Shown here: positions 45,340-55,621 of the stretch, in pieces
Numbering within the stretch: the first letter of the stretch is position 1
How the letters are laid out: the number at the start of each line of letters is the position of its first letter
Position numbers and translations under genes: made by a program
Assembly: GCA_025060135.1 (NCBI GenBank)
Contig: JANXCY010000013.1
Span: forward strand, 2,203 to 66,202
Length of the DNA: 64,000 nucleotides
Direction of reading: 5' to 3'
From: Anaerolineae bacterium
GTDB lineage: Bacteria > Chloroflexota > Anaerolineae > B4-G1 > DUEL01
The notes under the pieces: model-generated
What the model was told of the DNA's origin: nothing
The model's database searches: none
What the model saw: the letters and a program-made list of their open reading frames with translations, nothing else

Positions 45340-47561
45340 GGCCCTGTTTCAGGATCGCACGCACATTTCTTCACCGCATATCTCCCGACGGGATGGCTTG
45401 CGCCTTCCTTCTCGGAGCAGCAGCCCTCTTTTTCTGGCCCCTCTGGGTCCTCGGCCATCGCTTCCCCAAAGGGAGCGGCGACCTATGGGGGCTCTGGTAT
45501 CCCGTCTGGTCCTTCGTAGCCCACTGGCTGCGCCAGGGCGTGTTCCCCCTGTGGGATCCTCTGATGATGGGAGGCGATCCCATCTTTTCGGATGTCCAGT
45601 ATGGCCTTCTGAACCCTCTCAACTGGCCCCTCTTTCTGACATCTCCCATTCCCCATTGGATGGTCCTGCTGCGGGGAGCCTTTCCTCTCTGGCTGGCTGG
45701 AGCCGGCCTGTACCTCTATCTGCGGTCCTCTTCGGTCTGGCGTTTGAAACGGGCATCCGCGCTGGTTGGGGCAACCGCATACATGTTCTCTGACCCTTTC
45801 GTTGTTCACCTGGGGAATCCTCCATTCAACGATGCGATGGCCTGGTGGCCCTGGGTTTTGCTGGGGGTAGACCGGGCTATCCACTCGGCGCGGAACATCC
45901 CCTTGGCGGCCCTGGCTGTTGCCCTGCCGATACTCTCCGGACATGGAGAGATGACTCTCTATGCAGCCTTTGCGACCGGTCTATATACTCTCTGGCAGAT
46001 GGCAGAAGGAGGTTGGCCAGAGATATTCTATCGGATGGGTCGCCTGTTACTGGCGGGTGTATTGGGCGTTGCTCTGAGTGCTCCTGCACTGCTCCCAGGC
46101 ATAGAACGGCTTCCCTTTACTGAACGAGCGGGTACTCCATGGGAACTCCGTCGCGGTTATGAATTTCCACCCTCTATGCTGGTGGACTTTTTGAGCCCTG
46201 CTTTCCATGGCCGAGGGCCAGACGAATTCTGGCCCTCATGGAATCCGGTAGAAAGCGGGTATGTGGGAGCTGTAGCGCTGTACTTGGCCGGGATAGGCCT
46301 CGTGGGAAATCACCGACACCGGCGGACCTGGTTTCTGGTGGTGCTGGGACTCCTGACCTATGCGCTGGCTCTGGGGTATCGCGGGCCTATATACCCGCTT
46401 GTGAATCGCCTTCCGCTCATAGAAGGTTCGCTCAAAACCGCTCGCAGCATTTTTCTTCTTTCCTTCGCCCTGGCCATCCTGGCTGCCCAGGGCGTGGAAT
46501 GCCTGGGCCGCCGCTGGCGAGGCACTCCCTTTTGGGCCCTCGGCCTGCTCCTGGGCGGCCTTCTCCTCGGGTGGCAGGCCCCGGCATGGGTCTCCGCCGT
46601 CCCGGAGGGCCTGCCCCGCCTGCGCGCGCTGACCGGCCTGCGGTTCGCCGCCCTCCTGGCCGGAACCACCGCCTTCCTGGGCTGGGCCGCCAACCGGGGC
46701 CACCGCTGGGGCCGGGCTGGCCTGCTCCTCCTCCTGCTGGCTGAACTGGTAGCGACCGGCGCGCTGGCGGAAACGGAGCCCACCCCGAAACCCGACTCAA
46801 CCCACACCGCCGCCCTGGCCTTCCTGCGCGCCGACCCCGGCTGGTTCCGGGTGGACGTGGACCCCACGGCGCGCGGCCTCTGGCCCCATGTCTTCCTGCA
46901 GATGGAAGGGTTTGAGGTCCCCCAAGGTATGGGCAACGCCATGGACCTGCGCAGTTTCAACATCCTCCGCTGGCGCATCCCCTCCGCGACCCACCCCGCC
47001 TACCGGATGCTCGGCGTCAAATACCTCATCGTCCCCAAGGGCGCGCCTCCAGGCGGCGAGGGCATCTGGCCCGTCTTCATAGACGATCCCACTGTGGACA
47101 TCCACCTCAACACCCTGGCGCTGCCGCGCGCCTGGCTGGTTTACCGCACGGAGGTCGTGGAAAGTTACGGAGAGGCGCTGGAAAAGGTGCTGGACGAGAA
47201 CTTCCGCCCGGAAGAGGTCGCCGTCGTCCAGAACGGGCCCCAACTGAACGGGACGGGAGAGGGAAGCATCGAAGTGGGCTATTACGGCCCCAACGACGTG
47301 GTCTTCTTCGTGGAGACGAGTGCCCCGGCTCTGCTGGTCCTCTCCGATACCTTCTATCCCGGCTGGCAGGCGACGGTAGACGGCCAGCCGGTGCCGGTCT
47401 ATCCGACCAACGCCGCTTTCCGGGGGGTACAGGTGCCGCAGGGACGCCATCGGGTGGAGATGCACTTCCGACCCCGGAGCCTGATGATGGGCCTGGGGAT
47501 GGCCGGAGCAGGAGGACTGGGATGCCTCACGCTATGGTTGATAAGGAAACGAGACCCATGA
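45336..47561 (+). CDS. YfhO-family GT-C membrane protein
   Basis: GD...LWYP, PLWDP..MGG.P, E..YVG, LPRAWL, LVLSDTFYPGW.A.VDG, F.P C-terminus. Confidence 0.85.
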   Translation: MRPCFRIARTFLHRISPDGMACAFLLGAAALFFWPLWVLGHRFPKGSGDLWGLWYPVWSFVAHWLRQGVFPLWDPLMMGGDPIFSDVQYGLLNPLNWPLFLTSPIPHWMVLLRGAFPLWLAGAGLYLYLRSSSVWRLKRASALVGATAYMFSDPFVVHLGNPPFNDAMAWWPWVLLGVDRAIHSARNIPLAALAVALPILSGHGEMTLYAAFATGLYTLWQMAEGGWPEIFYRMGRLLLAGVLGVALSAPALLPGIERLPFTERAGTPWELRRGYEFPPSMLVDFLSPAFHGRGPDEFWPSWNPVESGYVGAVALYLAGIGLVGNHRHRRTWFLVVLGLLTYALALGYRGPIYPLVNRLPLIEGSLKTARSIFLLSFALAILAAQGVECLGRRWRGTPFWALGLLLGGLLLGWQAPAWVSAVPEGLPRLRALTGLRFAALLAGTTAFLGWAANRGHRWGRAGLLLLLLAELVATGALAETEPTPKPDSTHTAALAFLRADPGWFRVDVDPTARGLWPHVFLQMEGFEVPQGMGNAMDLRSFNILRWRIPSATHPAYRMLGVKYLIVPKGAPPGGEGIWPVFIDDPTVDIHLNTLALPRAWLVYRTEVVESYGEALEKVLDENFRPEEVAVVQNGPQLNGTGEGSIEVGYYGPNDVVFFVETSAPALLVLSDTFYPGWQATVDGQPVPVYPTNAAFRGVQVPQGRHRVEMHFRPRSLMMGLGMAGAGGLGCLTLWLIRKRDP

Positions 47562-49462
47562 AGGCCCACCGTCTTGTCCTTCGGACCGGCCTGCTGGCCC
47601 TGCTCTTGGTGGCCTGGGCCCTGCGGACGGCGACCCTCACCCTCCAGAGCATGTGGATTGACGAGGTGATGGCCCTCTACTTCACGCGTGGGACCTTCAC
47701 CGAAACCCTCAGTACCATCGTCCGCCCAGAGCATAACGGCCCCCTCTTCTATCTCCTGCTCTTCGGGTGGCGGCACCTGGTGGGGGATTCCGATTTCGCC
47801 GTCCGCTACCTTTCCGTCCTCTTCTCCGTCTTGACTCTCCCCCTCCTCTATCAACTGGCTCGTCGCTTGCTGACCGAGCGGGCGGCGGCGCTGGCCCTGT
47901 GGCTGGCGGCCTTCTCGCCTTTCGCCCTCTGGTTTGCCCAGGAAGCGAAAATGTACGCCCTGCATATGTGGGCCGCCACCGCCTCCACTGTGGCTCTCCT
48001 GGAAGCGTTCCGAAAAGGCCGCTGGTGGCGCTGGGCCATCTACGCTCTCCTCCTCTCCCCCACCCTCTACAGCCACTTCTTCGGGGGATTCCTGGCCCTG
48101 GCCCAGGGAGTAATGAGCGGCATCCTGGGCTGGGGACGCTGGCGGCGCTGGCTGGCCTATGGGCTGACTGTGGCCCTCCTGGCTCTGGTACATGCCCCCC
48201 TGCTCCGGGTGGCCTGGAACGTGGTCCGTTATTACCAGCATCGGGACATCTGGCGGTACTTCGTCCCACTGAAAGACATCGCCCGGGACCTATTGGGCCA
48301 GTACTTCTACCGGCTCTCCTACCTGGAGGTTACCCCCTGGCTCCTCCTGCTCCCGGCCATCCTCCTGGCCTGGGGAGTCTCAGCCCTCTTTCGTTCCCAC
48401 CGAAGGGACGCCTGGATTTTGCCCGTCCAGGCCCTGTTACCCGTGCTGGTGTTCTACCTCGTTTCCTACCGAGCCCCGGTCTACTCGGCCAAGTACCTCT
48501 CGGCGATCGCCCCGGCGGTCTGGATTCTGACGGCCTGGGGTGCCGAACGGATGGCTTGCCTCTGGCGACCGCTGGGCCTGAGCGCGGCCATCCTGGGACT
48601 CCTGACCGTCAACGGTATCGCCCGCGATCTGACCCGCCCTGCTTTCCAGCGGGGGGATTGGCGCTTCATCGCCCGCTACGTAGAGACCCACGAGGGGCCC
48701 AACGACATCGTCGTGATCTCCGCCTTCTACTGCGAGCATGCCTTCCGGCGGTACTACCGGGGCCATTCAGCCATCTTCCCCTACGAAGCCAATCCCTACG
48801 ACCCGGAGTTTATCTATCGGGGATTGCCGGAAAAGTACGACCGAATGTGGCTGGTCCTTCATCACGACCAGGCCATGGCGCCCGGGAACCGGCTCATAGA
48901 AGCCGCCGACGCGATGTTCCCCCGCCTCACCGAACAATACCCCAACGCCGGACAGATCACGCTGATCGGCTACCAGTTGCGGCCGACGATCCCAGCACTG
49001 CCAGAAGAGGCCCGTCCTCTGGAAGTCTGTTTTCAGAACGGCATCTGCCTGGCAGGCTATCAGGTGGATATGAACGCGCTCCCGGCAAGGGAAAACCTCT
49101 CCCATCCTCCCAGCAACTGGCTCCACGTGACCCTCTATTGGAGACGGACGGCGTCCTTTGACGGCGTCCCCTTCCGCCCTCTGATCCGGCTGATCGATGA
49201 GACCTTTAACGTCTGGGGAGGGAATATGAAGCGCAACCCAGACCTGCTGGACCGCTACCCGCCCCAAGAGTGGCCGACTGACCGGCTGGTGGAGGACCAT
49301 TACGACCTCAACCTGAACCCGTTCACACCTCCCGGAACCTATCGCCTGGAGGTGAGCCTGGCGGTCCACGGGGAGGAGCATCAGCGCGTCCCGCTGGCCG
49401 ACCCGCTACCGGGCATGCCACCCGACCGCTGGGTGTTTGAGAACATCCGCGTCCTCCCCTGA
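47558..49462 (+). CDS. GT-C membrane glycosyltransferase (GT39-like)
   Basis: QSMWIDE, HNGPLFY, AQEAKMYA, YSH, DWR; C-terminal LYW...PPGTY domain. Confidence 0.82.
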   Translation: MKAHRLVLRTGLLALLLVAWALRTATLTLQSMWIDEVMALYFTRGTFTETLSTIVRPEHNGPLFYLLLFGWRHLVGDSDFAVRYLSVLFSVLTLPLLYQLARRLLTERAAALALWLAAFSPFALWFAQEAKMYALHMWAATASTVALLEAFRKGRWWRWAIYALLLSPTLYSHFFGGFLALAQGVMSGILGWGRWRRWLAYGLTVALLALVHAPLLRVAWNVVRYYQHRDIWRYFVPLKDIARDLLGQYFYRLSYLEVTPWLLLLPAILLAWGVSALFRSHRRDAWILPVQALLPVLVFYLVSYRAPVYSAKYLSAIAPAVWILTAWGAERMACLWRPLGLSAAILGLLTVNGIARDLTRPAFQRGDWRFIARYVETHEGPNDIVVISAFYCEHAFRRYYRGHSAIFPYEANPYDPEFIYRGLPEKYDRMWLVLHHDQAMAPGNRLIEAADAMFPRLTEQYPNAGQITLIGYQLRPTIPALPEEARPLEVCFQNGICLAGYQVDMNALPARENLSHPPSNWLHVTLYWRRTASFDGVPFRPLIRLIDETFNVWGGNMKRNPDLLDRYPPQEWPTDRLVEDHYDLNLNPFTPPGTYRLEVSLAVHGEEHQRVPLADPLPGMPPDRWVFENIRVLP

Positions 49463-49551
49463 ATAGAATTGATGGAGACCAAGTCCGTTGCTGCTCTGGG
49501 GAAAATCCACTCTGTCCGCGTTCATCCGCGTCCCATCTCCGATGAGGTCTT

Positions 49552-51489
49552 ATGAACGCCGCAGACGATCATCTGGCCCGCTTCCGGGTGACTCCATATC
49601 CATACTGGGCCCTCGCGGCGATCCTGCTGCTGGGCGCATCTCTGCGCTGGCACCCTATCGGGTCGCTCTCGGATATGCTCAGTTACGATGAGGCTTACTA
49701 TGGCCTGGACACCCTTTCCCTGATAGAATCCCCTCGCCTGACCCCGTTCCTCCCGGCCAATCTGGGCCGCCAGAGCCTCTGGTGCTATATCTTGATTCCC
49801 TTCGTCGCCCTCTTCGGAGCCCACCCGTTTGCCCTGCGGGTCGCCGCAGGATTCGTGGGCATCCTGACCGCCACCGCTGTGTACCGGCTGGGGAGAGAGA
49901 CTCTCTCCCCCGGGGCAGCCCGCTGGGCCCTCCTGGCCTTCTGCGTTGCCGGATGGCCTGTCCATCAGAGCGGCCTGGGAATGCGGGCTATCCTCTGGCC
50001 CCTGGTCGGCACCCTGGCCTTCGCGGCCCTCTTGCAGGCCCGACGTACTGGCCGGACGACCCTCTGGATAGAGGCAGGCCTCTGGATCGGGATGCTCTGG
50101 TACACCTACTTCTCGGCTCTCCTCTGGCTTCTCTACGCGGTGCTTCTGCTTATCGGATGGCTGTTCGGGAAGAGGGGCCCGCGCCGGGGAGGGCTGATTG
50201 CCCTGGGAGTGAGCGCGTTGGTGTCGCTTCCCATGCTGGTGTATGGCTACCATCACCCCCAGGAAGTCCTGGGACGCCCGCAAGGAGTGCGGGTCTCCGG
50301 CCTGGCGGACCTGATGGCCACCCTGCGGGCATGGGCCCGGGTCTGGTTCTCCCCTGCCGACGACCCGGGCCGCTACAACCCCCTCTGCCCGGTGGTGGAT
50401 GCCGGGCTGGCGGCCTTCTTCGTCATCGGGCTGTTCGCTCTCAGTTGGGCCGTCCGCCAGAGATGGCAGGCCGTTTGGCTCCTGGGACTGGTCCCGGTCT
50501 CTCTCCTCCCCTCCCTCCTGAGCCGGGACGCTCCCCACTTCCTGCGCGCGGCGGGCCTGACGGTCCCCATCGCGCTGATGGTGGGAGCCGGAGCATGGGG
50601 AGTGGAGCAACTCCTGCGCCGTATCCGTCTGAAGCCCTTGGCGACCCTGTTCCCGCTCGCGCTCATGCTCCTGACGGCCCTCCTCACCGTCCTGAACACC
50701 ACTCGCTGGCTTCGCCATCCCTACGTCTTTCTCCTGATGGAACAACACGTGAACCAGGGGGCGAACTTTATCCGGTCGGCTGTTCCAGAGGATACGCCGG
50801 TGTACTTCTCGCCCTTCTATCCCTCCCATCCGGTGATCGCCTTTCGCCGGGCCGACCTGGCTCCCCGGCCCGTTGGCGCTTTTGATAGCCACCTCTGCAT
50901 GGTGGTTCCGGAGCAGCCTGCGGTCTATCTCTCCGTCATCCTCTATGAGCCCGATTTTCCGGAGAAACTCTCCCGTTGGGCCGGAACGACGGTCCTTTTC
51001 CAGGACCCCGGGGCCCGTCCCCCGCGCTACGCTGTCTTGGAGGCCGTGCCAAAACCGGAGTTCCCGCAGAACCTGGGGGTGGTTCGGGCCGTCTTCGGGG
51101 GGCAGGTGGAAGTGCGCCTCATGGAGCCGCTTCCGTCGGCCGCGCGCGTCGGGGAGACCGTTCCGATCTATCTGGCCTTGCGGGCCCAGCGGCCACTGGA
51201 TCGGGCCTACAGCCTCTTCGTCCACCTTTACGGCGACCCGACCCCCTACGAGGGCGGCCCGCTCTGGGCCCAGGCCGACGGTCCGGCCTGCGGGCCGTAT
51301 ACCTCCGACCTCTGGCGGACGGAGGAGTGGATATTGACCACTTTCTCTCTGACCCTCCCTGGAGACCTTCCTTCCGGACGCTACCAGGTCGGCATGGGCA
51401 TCTACGATAGCACCACCGGAATCCGCCTGGCCCTGCCGGGGCATACTCACGACTTCCTCTCCCTTCAGCAAGTGGAAATCCGCCGATGA
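49552..51489 (+). CDS. GT-C membrane glycosyltransferase
   Basis: YDEAYYG, N.GR, YTY, P.FLR; C-terminal SLFVHL...QADG...GRY domain. Confidence 0.8.
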   Translation: MNAADDHLARFRVTPYPYWALAAILLLGASLRWHPIGSLSDMLSYDEAYYGLDTLSLIESPRLTPFLPANLGRQSLWCYILIPFVALFGAHPFALRVAAGFVGILTATAVYRLGRETLSPGAARWALLAFCVAGWPVHQSGLGMRAILWPLVGTLAFAALLQARRTGRTTLWIEAGLWIGMLWYTYFSALLWLLYAVLLLIGWLFGKRGPRRGGLIALGVSALVSLPMLVYGYHHPQEVLGRPQGVRVSGLADLMATLRAWARVWFSPADDPGRYNPLCPVVDAGLAAFFVIGLFALSWAVRQRWQAVWLLGLVPVSLLPSLLSRDAPHFLRAAGLTVPIALMVGAGAWGVEQLLRRIRLKPLATLFPLALMLLTALLTVLNTTRWLRHPYVFLLMEQHVNQGANFIRSAVPEDTPVYFSPFYPSHPVIAFRRADLAPRPVGAFDSHLCMVVPEQPAVYLSVILYEPDFPEKLSRWAGTTVLFQDPGARPPRYAVLEAVPKPEFPQNLGVVRAVFGGQVEVRLMEPLPSAARVGETVPIYLALRAQRPLDRAYSLFVHLYGDPTPYEGGPLWAQADGPACGPYTSDLWRTEEWILTTFSLTLPGDLPSGRYQVGMGIYDSTTGIRLALPGHTHDFLSLQQVEIRR

Positions 51490-51498
51490 AGGAGCAAA

Positions 51499-53532
51499 AT
51501 GAGAGAGAATCGGGGGGAGAAAAAAAGGATTGTGGAGATGCTCTATCCTTGCCGGCTGTCGGACCTGCTCATCCTGATCACTCTGGCCCTGGGCCTCTTC
51601 CTGCGCACCGCCTGGCCGACGCTGGCGGAGTTCAAACTGGACGAGGCCACGGTGGTCCGCCGGGCGATGGCCATCGCCTGGCAGGGCGAACTTCCCGTTC
51701 TGGGGATGGGCTCCTCTACCGGAATGGCCAACCTTCCCCTCACTCTCTACCTGACCGCCATCCCCCTCCGGATATGGAGCGACCCGGTGGCAGCGGTCGT
51801 CTTTATCGGTCTGCTCAACGGGCTGGCCGTAGCGGCCTGCTATTGGCTGGGGGAGCGGTTTTGGAACCGCTCTGTTGGTGGAATTGCCGCCTTTCTGTTT
51901 GCTCTCAATCCATGGGCGGTCCTCCTGGCCCGCAAAATCTGGCCCCGCATCCTCCCTCTGGTGACCGTTGCACTTGTGGCTGCCCTGATGGCGACGTTCG
52001 TCCGGCAACGTCGGTGGGCCCTGGTCGGCGCCTTCGCTGCGCTGGCCGCGCTGGTCGGTCTCCAACTGGAAGGCATCGCTTTTATCCCCGTGCTGGTGCT
52101 CTGCCTGCTACTGTTCTGGAAAGAAGTCCCTCTCCGCCCGCTCCTGGTCGGCATTGCAGTCTTTACCCTGGCCCTTGCCCCCTACGGGATCTACGACGCG
52201 CTGCACGGATGGCCAAATCTCCGGACATTCTGGGACTTCGTCCACACCGAAAAAAGTTCCTTCTCCTGGGACGCCCTCCGCTATGCGTTCATCCTGACCG
52301 GAAGCGCCGAAATCCACACGATGGCCGGCACCCGCTATGAGGAGTACTTGGGCGGTCTCCCCCGTCTGGGGTGGCTCAACACCGGGATGATGGGGCTCCT
52401 GGCCCTGGCCCTGATCTACGCCATTATCCGGACCTTGCGGGGGACACAGGAGGAGCGGCGGGTGTTCCTCATCCTCTTGCTGGGATTCGCGGTACCGGTC
52501 GCCCTGCGCAGCCGGGCCGTAGAACCGATTCCCTCGCATTATCTGATAGTGGTTTATCCGACCGTTTTCCTCCTGATCGCGGCGCTGATCGACGGAGGAT
52601 ACCGGGCCCTTCCACTGCGCTATCGTCCAGCCGCCCAGGTAATGGGCTTTCTGCTGGCTCTCCTCTGGGGAGCCTGGCAACTGGCCGTCCTGGGCCGTCT
52701 TTTCTGGTTTATGGACCGGTATCCCACCACCGGTGGCTACGGCATTCCCCTGAAGTATCCCCGTCAGGCCGCGCTAGAGGCCCGCCAGATAGCCCAGGGA
52801 GCGGAAATCGTCGTCCTGAGCGACGGGACGGAGCCAGCCTTTGAGGAGCGCCCGGCCGTCTTTGACGCTCTCCTCTTTCGCCACCCCCACCGCCTGGTAG
52901 ACGGCCGGATGTCCCTGCTGGTGCCAGATGCCCCCCGTGTGGTCTACATCGTCGGGCCGGTCTCCCCGAAGGGAGACAATTTCCACCCCATAGAGGGACG
53001 ATTGCGCAGGATGGCCAGCGTTCGGGAAACAACCGTCTCCATGCCGGACGGATGGCAATATCACCTTTATCTGCGAGAGCGAGCCGACCGGGAGGATGTG
53101 CTGGCTGGGCTCACCCGCCCTGCAGACCCACCGCGCTGGGCCAACGGCATCGTCCTGCTGGGCTACGATGTGCCCCAAACCATTGCCCCCGGATCTACCC
53201 TGGAGGTCTGGCTGGCCTGGTGGGTGCAGGTCGGGCCGCCGCCGGGAAGCGATTACCACTTCTTCGTCCACCTCCTGGATGGCGAAGGGCACCTGCTCAG
53301 CCAGCACGACGGCGTACCGTTTCCGACCTCCTCCTGGCGCGCCGGCGACCTGGTGCTGAGCCGCTTCACCGTTCCCATCCCTTCAGACCTTCCGCCGGGG
53401 CCCTACCCGGTACGGGCCGGCCTCTATACGTACCCCGACATCCAGGGGGTCCCGGTCGTGGACGCTATAGGCCATCCGATAGAGAGCGCCGTCCTCTTGG
53501 GAACCATTACCGTCCGTCAGGATCAGGGGTAA
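51499..53532 (+). CDS. GT-C membrane glycosyltransferase
   Basis: FKLDEA, G..SS.G..N.P, NPWAV..ARKIW, HY; C-terminal FFVHLLD...SQHDG domain. Confidence 0.8.
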   Translation: MRENRGEKKRIVEMLYPCRLSDLLILITLALGLFLRTAWPTLAEFKLDEATVVRRAMAIAWQGELPVLGMGSSTGMANLPLTLYLTAIPLRIWSDPVAAVVFIGLLNGLAVAACYWLGERFWNRSVGGIAAFLFALNPWAVLLARKIWPRILPLVTVALVAALMATFVRQRRWALVGAFAALAALVGLQLEGIAFIPVLVLCLLLFWKEVPLRPLLVGIAVFTLALAPYGIYDALHGWPNLRTFWDFVHTEKSSFSWDALRYAFILTGSAEIHTMAGTRYEEYLGGLPRLGWLNTGMMGLLALALIYAIIRTLRGTQEERRVFLILLLGFAVPVALRSRAVEPIPSHYLIVVYPTVFLLIAALIDGGYRALPLRYRPAAQVMGFLLALLWGAWQLAVLGRLFWFMDRYPTTGGYGIPLKYPRQAALEARQIAQGAEIVVLSDGTEPAFEERPAVFDALLFRHPHRLVDGRMSLLVPDAPRVVYIVGPVSPKGDNFHPIEGRLRRMASVRETTVSMPDGWQYHLYLRERADREDVLAGLTRPADPPRWANGIVLLGYDVPQTIAPGSTLEVWLAWWVQVGPPPGSDYHFFVHLLDGEGHLLSQHDGVPFPTSSWRAGDLVLSRFTVPIPSDLPPGPYPVRAGLYTYPDIQGVPVVDAIGHPIESAVLLGTITVRQDQG

Positions 53533-53538
53533 CGACCA

Positions 53539-55491
53539 ATGAGAATTTCGCGTTCCGGCCTTGCTCTTCTGGTCGCTCTCGGGCTCATTGTCCTCTGTGG
53601 GATCACCTATGGATTTTCCCTGAGGCTACCTCTTTTTTCCGACGACATTCCCCACTTCCGGTGGATGGAAGGGCAAACCTGGCTGGGAATTTTGATCTCC
53701 TCCAGAGGAATCGGGTATTATCGGCCTCTGCCGTTTCTGGTCTGGAAACTCCTGCGCTCTCTCCAGGGCGGCCTCAACGCTCCGACGCTTCACGGAATCA
53801 ATCTGGCACTTCATCTGCTGAACGCTTTTATGGTGTGGGGCGTGGTGAACCGGCAGTTAGGGAAGAAGAGATGGGGAGTCGGAGAGGCCAGCGCACTCCT
53901 CTTCCTGACGTACCCCTTCAGTTACCAGGCAGTGCCCTGGGTGGGTGCTCTTACCCACCCTCTGGTTACGGCTATTATCCTGGGATCCCTGTACCTGAAC
54001 CTACGGGCAAAATCTCACCCTGCTGGTCTGTGGCATGCCCTTTCGGTCGGTCTGGCGTTTCTGGCGCCGCTGGCTCACGAGACCGGTATCCTGACCGCGC
54101 CGCTCCTCTGCCTGTTGCTGTTAACTGGTGAGGAAAGGTACTCGCTTTCCGGAGTCCTCCGACGGACCCGCTGCTACTGGTTGGCTGGGATGGTTGGGTT
54201 GGCCATCTGGCTGGCAGTACCCAAGGGGGTCCAGCCTCCGCGAATCTGGAATCTGGAGGCCCGCTACCAGAATGGCGTTTATCTCCTCCAGGGGCTGGCC
54301 TATCCGGTAGCACCGCTGGCCCGGAAGGTGTGGGAGGCTGGATGGGGGCTGGACGACCTCCAGTCCGTTCTATTGGTGTGCGCGCCCGTGGTGCTCCTCT
54401 GGGGATGGCTTTTAGCGATGAAAGGCCAGCAGCAGCTTCTCGTACTGGCTTCCGGGTGGTTTCTGCTGGCTGTTGCTCCGGCCGGGTTGATGTTGGGGTT
54501 TGAGTACGTGATAGATGCACCCCGGCTCCTCTATCTCTCATCCGTGGGGACAGCGCTATTCTGGACCGCACCTCTCTCCATCTGGAAAGCATCTCGGCAC
54601 GGACGGCTGGGGAGAATCGCTGCCGGGCTCGCCGTTCTCTCCATCGCCATGAGCGGTTTTGTCTTCATCCGCCAGCGGGCCGCCATCTACGAAGAAATGG
54701 GGAGGTGGATCGCCCAGTTCGTTCAGGGAGTTCGATCCGTCTCCGCACCTGGACCGGTGCTGTGTGTCAACTGCCCCGAGTTCCTGGCCCCGCGCGAACC
54801 CACCTTCGCCGTTGGGCACGAGGGAGTCCCAATTTGCGCCGGACACCAACTGGGCGACCTGTTCTGGGTCAACACACGAGAGGAGCGAAAGGTTACCGGA
54901 CTGGTCTTCCCCGACCTTCAGCGGCCCTGGAAATATCATTATGGAAGCGCGGGTGAGGCCCACACCTGGATAAGCCTCCAAGAGCCCCTTCGGAAGGCTG
55001 ACGCCGTTCTCCTGACGGAGTATTGGGGAGACAAGATCGCCGTTTATCCGGTTGGCATGCTGGCGATGAACGACGCTTCGCCTGCCGATACGTTCATCGC
55101 TGAATTTGGATCCCGGATCCGCCTGCTTTCGGCCGAGGTGGAACGGGAAGGCGAAATGGTGAGAGTGGAATTGTACTGGCAGGCAGTAACACCGGTGGAA
55201 GAGGATATGACCGTCTTCTTGCATGTGCTGGACCCGTCAGGCCGATTGGTGGCGCAGCGCGATGGATACCCCCTGATGGGACTCTCCCGACCAGTGGCCT
55301 GGCGTCAGGGGGATATCTGGCAGGACCTGCGTTGGCTGCGGCTACCAGAAGGAGGATACCAGTTCCTGGTGGGTCTATACACCGTGGAGGGAGGCATGCG
55401 CATTCCTGCGACTGATCCGGCGGGTCGTCGCTTCCCCGACAACGCTGTGCCCCTGGGAGAATTCACCTTCATCAGCACTGGCGGGATATAG
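53539..55491 (+). CDS. GT-C membrane glycosyltransferase-like protein
   Basis: FSDD, YYRPL, LH..N, YQAV.W, HE, RLLY; C-terminal LYWQ..VFLHVLD..G.LVAQ.DG domain. Confidence 0.78.
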   Translation: MRISRSGLALLVALGLIVLCGITYGFSLRLPLFSDDIPHFRWMEGQTWLGILISSRGIGYYRPLPFLVWKLLRSLQGGLNAPTLHGINLALHLLNAFMVWGVVNRQLGKKRWGVGEASALLFLTYPFSYQAVPWVGALTHPLVTAIILGSLYLNLRAKSHPAGLWHALSVGLAFLAPLAHETGILTAPLLCLLLLTGEERYSLSGVLRRTRCYWLAGMVGLAIWLAVPKGVQPPRIWNLEARYQNGVYLLQGLAYPVAPLARKVWEAGWGLDDLQSVLLVCAPVVLLWGWLLAMKGQQQLLVLASGWFLLAVAPAGLMLGFEYVIDAPRLLYLSSVGTALFWTAPLSIWKASRHGRLGRIAAGLAVLSIAMSGFVFIRQRAAIYEEMGRWIAQFVQGVRSVSAPGPVLCVNCPEFLAPREPTFAVGHEGVPICAGHQLGDLFWVNTREERKVTGLVFPDLQRPWKYHYGSAGEAHTWISLQEPLRKADAVLLTEYWGDKIAVYPVGMLAMNDASPADTFIAEFGSRIRLLSAEVEREGEMVRVELYWQAVTPVEEDMTVFLHVLDPSGRLVAQRDGYPLMGLSRPVAWRQGDIWQDLRWLRLPEGGYQFLVGLYTVEGGMRIPATDPAGRRFPDNAVPLGEFTFISTGGI

Positions 55492-55621
55492 CATTCGCTC
55501 ATCCACGCTCTGTGCGGATGCGGGGGTTCATGGTATAATCCCCACCAGTTGGGGGCAGAACTCCGTTGCTGGAAGTCGGAGAGCGCACCGCGGTCCATTC
55601 CCACTCTACTCCCAGGAGGGA

